Part shown: positions 61,220 through 64,000 of the stretch, piece by piece
Position numbering within the stretch: the stretch's first letter is position 1
Layout: each line of letters opens with the position of its first letter
NCBI RefSeq assembly: GCF_902713615.1
Contig: NW_024055453.1
Span: 186,001 to 250,000, forward strand
DNA length: 64,000 nucleotides
Reading direction: 5' to 3'
Source of the DNA: Scyliorhinus canicula
Taxonomy: Eukaryota
Program-made: the position numbers and the translations under genes
The notes under the pieces: model-generated
Databases searched by the model: none
The model's input: only the letters and a program-made list of their open reading frames with translations
What the model was told of the DNA's origin: nothing

Positions 61220-63460
61220 TGAGTGGGCGGTTTGGTGTTGAGTGAGATTTTGGGTGATCTGAGGTTTTTGAATGTGGCTGCGTGAGTAATGGTGGGTGTG
61301 TGAGGGAGGATGCATGAATGATGGAGAGTGAGTGACAGTGGGTGAGCGAGGATGTGTGAATGAGGCCTACTGAGTGAGTGAAGGTGGGTGAATGAAGGTG
61401 AGGCTCAGTGAGGGCGTGTAAATGAAGTTGAGTGAATGAGGGTGGATGAGTGAGGGTGAATGAGTGTGGGTGAGTGAATCACATTGGGTGAGCGAATGAG
61501 TGTGGGTGAATGAGGGTGCGTGAGTTATGAAAAGTGAGCGAAGCTGGGCGTGTGAGACTGGTTGAGTGAGGGGAGTGAATTAAGTTGTGTGGAGTGAGTG
61601 AATAAGTGAGTGTGAGTGAGTGACGGTGGCTGAGTGAAGGGACTGAGTGATTTCCATTAGTAAGGGTGGTTGAGTGAGTGTGAGTGATTGAAAGTGGGTG
61701 AGTGGGTTTGAGTGGGGTGGTTGGCTGTGGGTGAGTGAGTGTGAGTCAGTGTGAGTGAGGGTTGGTGAGTGAGGGTGAGTGGGAGTGAGTGAATGCAGTT
61801 GCGTGAATGAGTGTGAGAGAGGGGATGAGGGTTGGCGAGTGAGGATGAGTGAGTGTGACTGAGTGTGAGTAGTGTGGGTGAGTGAGTGTGTGTGAGTGTG
61901 AGTGTGAGTCGGTGAGTGAGGATGAGTGAGTGAGTGGGGTGGTTGAGTGTGGGTGAATGAGTGTGAGTGAGTGAGGGTGAGGGTGGGTGAGTGAGTGAGA
62001 GTGAATGAGGATGGGTGAGGGTTGGTGAGTGAGGGTGAGTTGGAGTGATTGAGTGAAGGTGGGTGAGGGTTGGTGAGTGAAGGTGAGCGAGTGAGAGTGG
62101 GGTGGTTGAGTGTGGGTGAATGAGTGTGAGAGAGTGTGGGTGAGAGTGGGCGAGTGAGTGACAGTGAATGAGGGTGGGTGATTGTTGGTGAGCGAGGGTG
62201 AGTGGGGGTGAGTGAGTAAGTGTGAGTGGGCTGGTTGAATGTGTGTAAGTGTGAGTGAGTGTGAGTGAGGGTGGGTGAGTGAGTGTGAGTGAGTGAGGCT
62301 GGGTGAGGGTTGGTGAGTGAGGGTGGGTGAGTGAGTGTGAGTGAGTGATGGTGGGTGAGGGTTGGTGAGTGAGGGTGAGTGAGTTTAAGTGGGGTGATTG
62401 AGTGTGGGTGTGTGAGGCTGGGTGAGGGTTGGTTAGTGAGGGTGGGTGAGTGAGGCTGGGTGAGGGTTGGTTAGTGAGGGTGGGTGAGTGAGGCTGGGTG
62501 AGGGTTGGTGAGTGACGCTGGGTGAGGGTTGGTTAGTGAGGGTGGGTGAGTGCGGCTGGGTGAGGGTTGGTTAGTGAGGGTGGGTGAGTGAGGCTGGGTG
62601 AGGGTCGTTTAGTGAGGGTGGGTGAGTGAGGCTGGGTGAGGGTTGGTTAGTGAGGGTGGGTGAGTGAGGCTGGGTGAGGGTTGGTTAGTGAGGGTAGGTG
62701 AGTGAGGCTGGGTGAGGGTTGGTTAGTGAGGGTGGGTGAGTGAGGCTGGGTGAGGGTGGGTGAGTGAGGGTGGGTGAGTGAGGCAGGGTGAGGGTTGGTT
62801 AGTGAGGGAGGATGAGTGAGGCTGGGTGAGGGTTGGTTAGTGAGGGTGGGTGAGTGAGGCTGGGTAGGGGTTGGTTAGTGAGGGTGGGTGAGTGAGGCTG
62901 GGTGAGGGTTGGTGAGTGAGGGTGAGGAAGTGAATGTGGATGACAAGGTGGGTGAGGGAGAGTGAGTTAGTTCGGATGGATTACTGTGAGTGAGTGAGGG
63001 TAAGGGAATGAGGGTTGGTGATTGACGATGTGCATAGTTGAGTGTGGGTGTGTGAATGAATGTGGGTTAGTGGGTATGGATGCATGAGGGTGATGATTGA
63101 TGGAGGGATTGTGACTTAGTGCCGGTAAATGAGTATGGGTTAATCAGTCAGTGCGTATGAGTGACTGTGAGTGAGTGTGAACAGGGGTGAGTGAGTGTGA
63201 GTGATGGTGAGTGAGTGTGAGTGACAGTGAGTGAGTGTGAGTGAGTGAGAGTGACGGTGAGTGAGCATGAGTGAGTGTGAGTGACAGTGAGTGAGTGTGA
63301 GTGAGTGTGGGTGAGTGTGAGTGACGGTGGGTGAGTGTGAGTGACGGTGGGTGAGTGTGAGTGAGTGTGCGTGAGTGTGAGTGACGGTGGGTGAGTGTGA
63401 GTGAGTGTGCGTGAGTGTGAGTGACGGTGAGTGAGTGTGGGTGAGGGTGAATGAGTGATC
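61220..63460. repeat. (GTGA)n/GAGGGTGGGT compound array with a 38-bp sub-array (~62410-62920)
   Basis: Sub-array unit tgagggttggttagtgagggtgggtgagtgaggctggg; flanks are gtgagtgagtgt mosaics. Confidence 0.93.
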
Positions 63461-63640
63461 ATTCAGGTACTCCGGGCCAAGCCGGGCGATGTTTCTCTGG
63501 ATGACATTCCGCTCAGGCTCAGCTTTCTCTTGTCTGTTGTCCACAGCCGAGCTGGGGGCTCCTCCATTCCGCTGCACCACCCCCACCTCCTCCTCTTCCT
63601 CTCCATCCATCCTGTCCTGATTCTACACATTGATCAGCTT

Positions 63641-64000
63641 TCAGTAACACCGGCTGTGTACAGTCAGACAGCAGTGTAGATCACTGGGCAGCTGCTTTAA
63701 TACTGTCAGTAACACCGGCTGTGTACAGTCAGACAGCAGTGTAGATCACTGGGCAGCTGCTTTAATACTGTCAGTAACACCGGCTGTGTACAGTCAGACA
63801 GCAGTGTAGATCACTGGACAGCTGCTTTAATACTGTCAGTAACACCGGCTGTGTACAGTCAGACAGCAGTGTAGATCACTGGGCAGCAGCTTTAATACAT
63901 TCAGTAACACCGGCTGTGTACAGTCAGACAGCAGTGTAGATCACTGGGCAGCTGCTTTAATACTGTCAGTAACACCGGCTGTGTACAGTCAGACAGCAGT
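63641..64000. repeat. 65-bp tandem repeat, at least 5.5 near-identical copies (runs off window)
   Basis: Unit tcagtaacaccggctgtgtacagtcagacagcagtgtagatcactgggcagctgctttaatactg starts at 63641, 63706, 63771, 63836, 63901 and 63966. Confidence 0.97.

Noticed and set aside
63641-64000. Regular 65-bp repeat as a possible CRISPR-like array
   Set aside because: Units are identical end to end with no variable spacers, and the context is a vertebrate genome.

Overview
Vertebrate genomic DNA from a cartilaginous fish (shark), judged from the Ig sequence, elasmobranch-type SINEs and CR1/Penelope content. The left ~43 kb is a repeat-dense cluster of tandem C2H2 zinc-finger genes with no KRAB domain visible in their finger exons. 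Three have long intact finger ORFs, the rest are frameshifted or remnant, and several have CpG-rich promoter-like modules. They are interspersed with tRNA-derived SINEs, CR1, L2, RTE, L1 and Penelope fragments, minisatellites and a 5'-truncated stathmin (STMN1) processed retrocopy with poly(A) tail and target-site duplication. From 43.8 to 52.0 kb on the minus strand lies a complete, intact IgM heavy-chain constant gene: Cmu1-Cmu4, secretory tail and TM1/TM2, with canonical GT-AG junctions, phase-consistent frame and separate poly(A) signals. No V, D, J or RSS was recognised in the ~12 kb upstream of Cmu1. That interval instead holds a ~7.5 kb array of a ~39-bp unit that is G-rich and AGCT-rich on the Ig sense strand, with the position, polarity and motifs of a tetrapod class-switch (S) region. 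It is followed by an inverted Penelope/hammerhead pair, an opposite-polarity G-rich array and a 65-bp E-box-containing tandem repeat. The switch-like array is the top candidate for an undescribed system. A ~2.2 kb duplication flanking a 100-N gap is probably an assembly artefact, and the giant ORFs at 52.8-60.7 kb are low-complexity artefacts.
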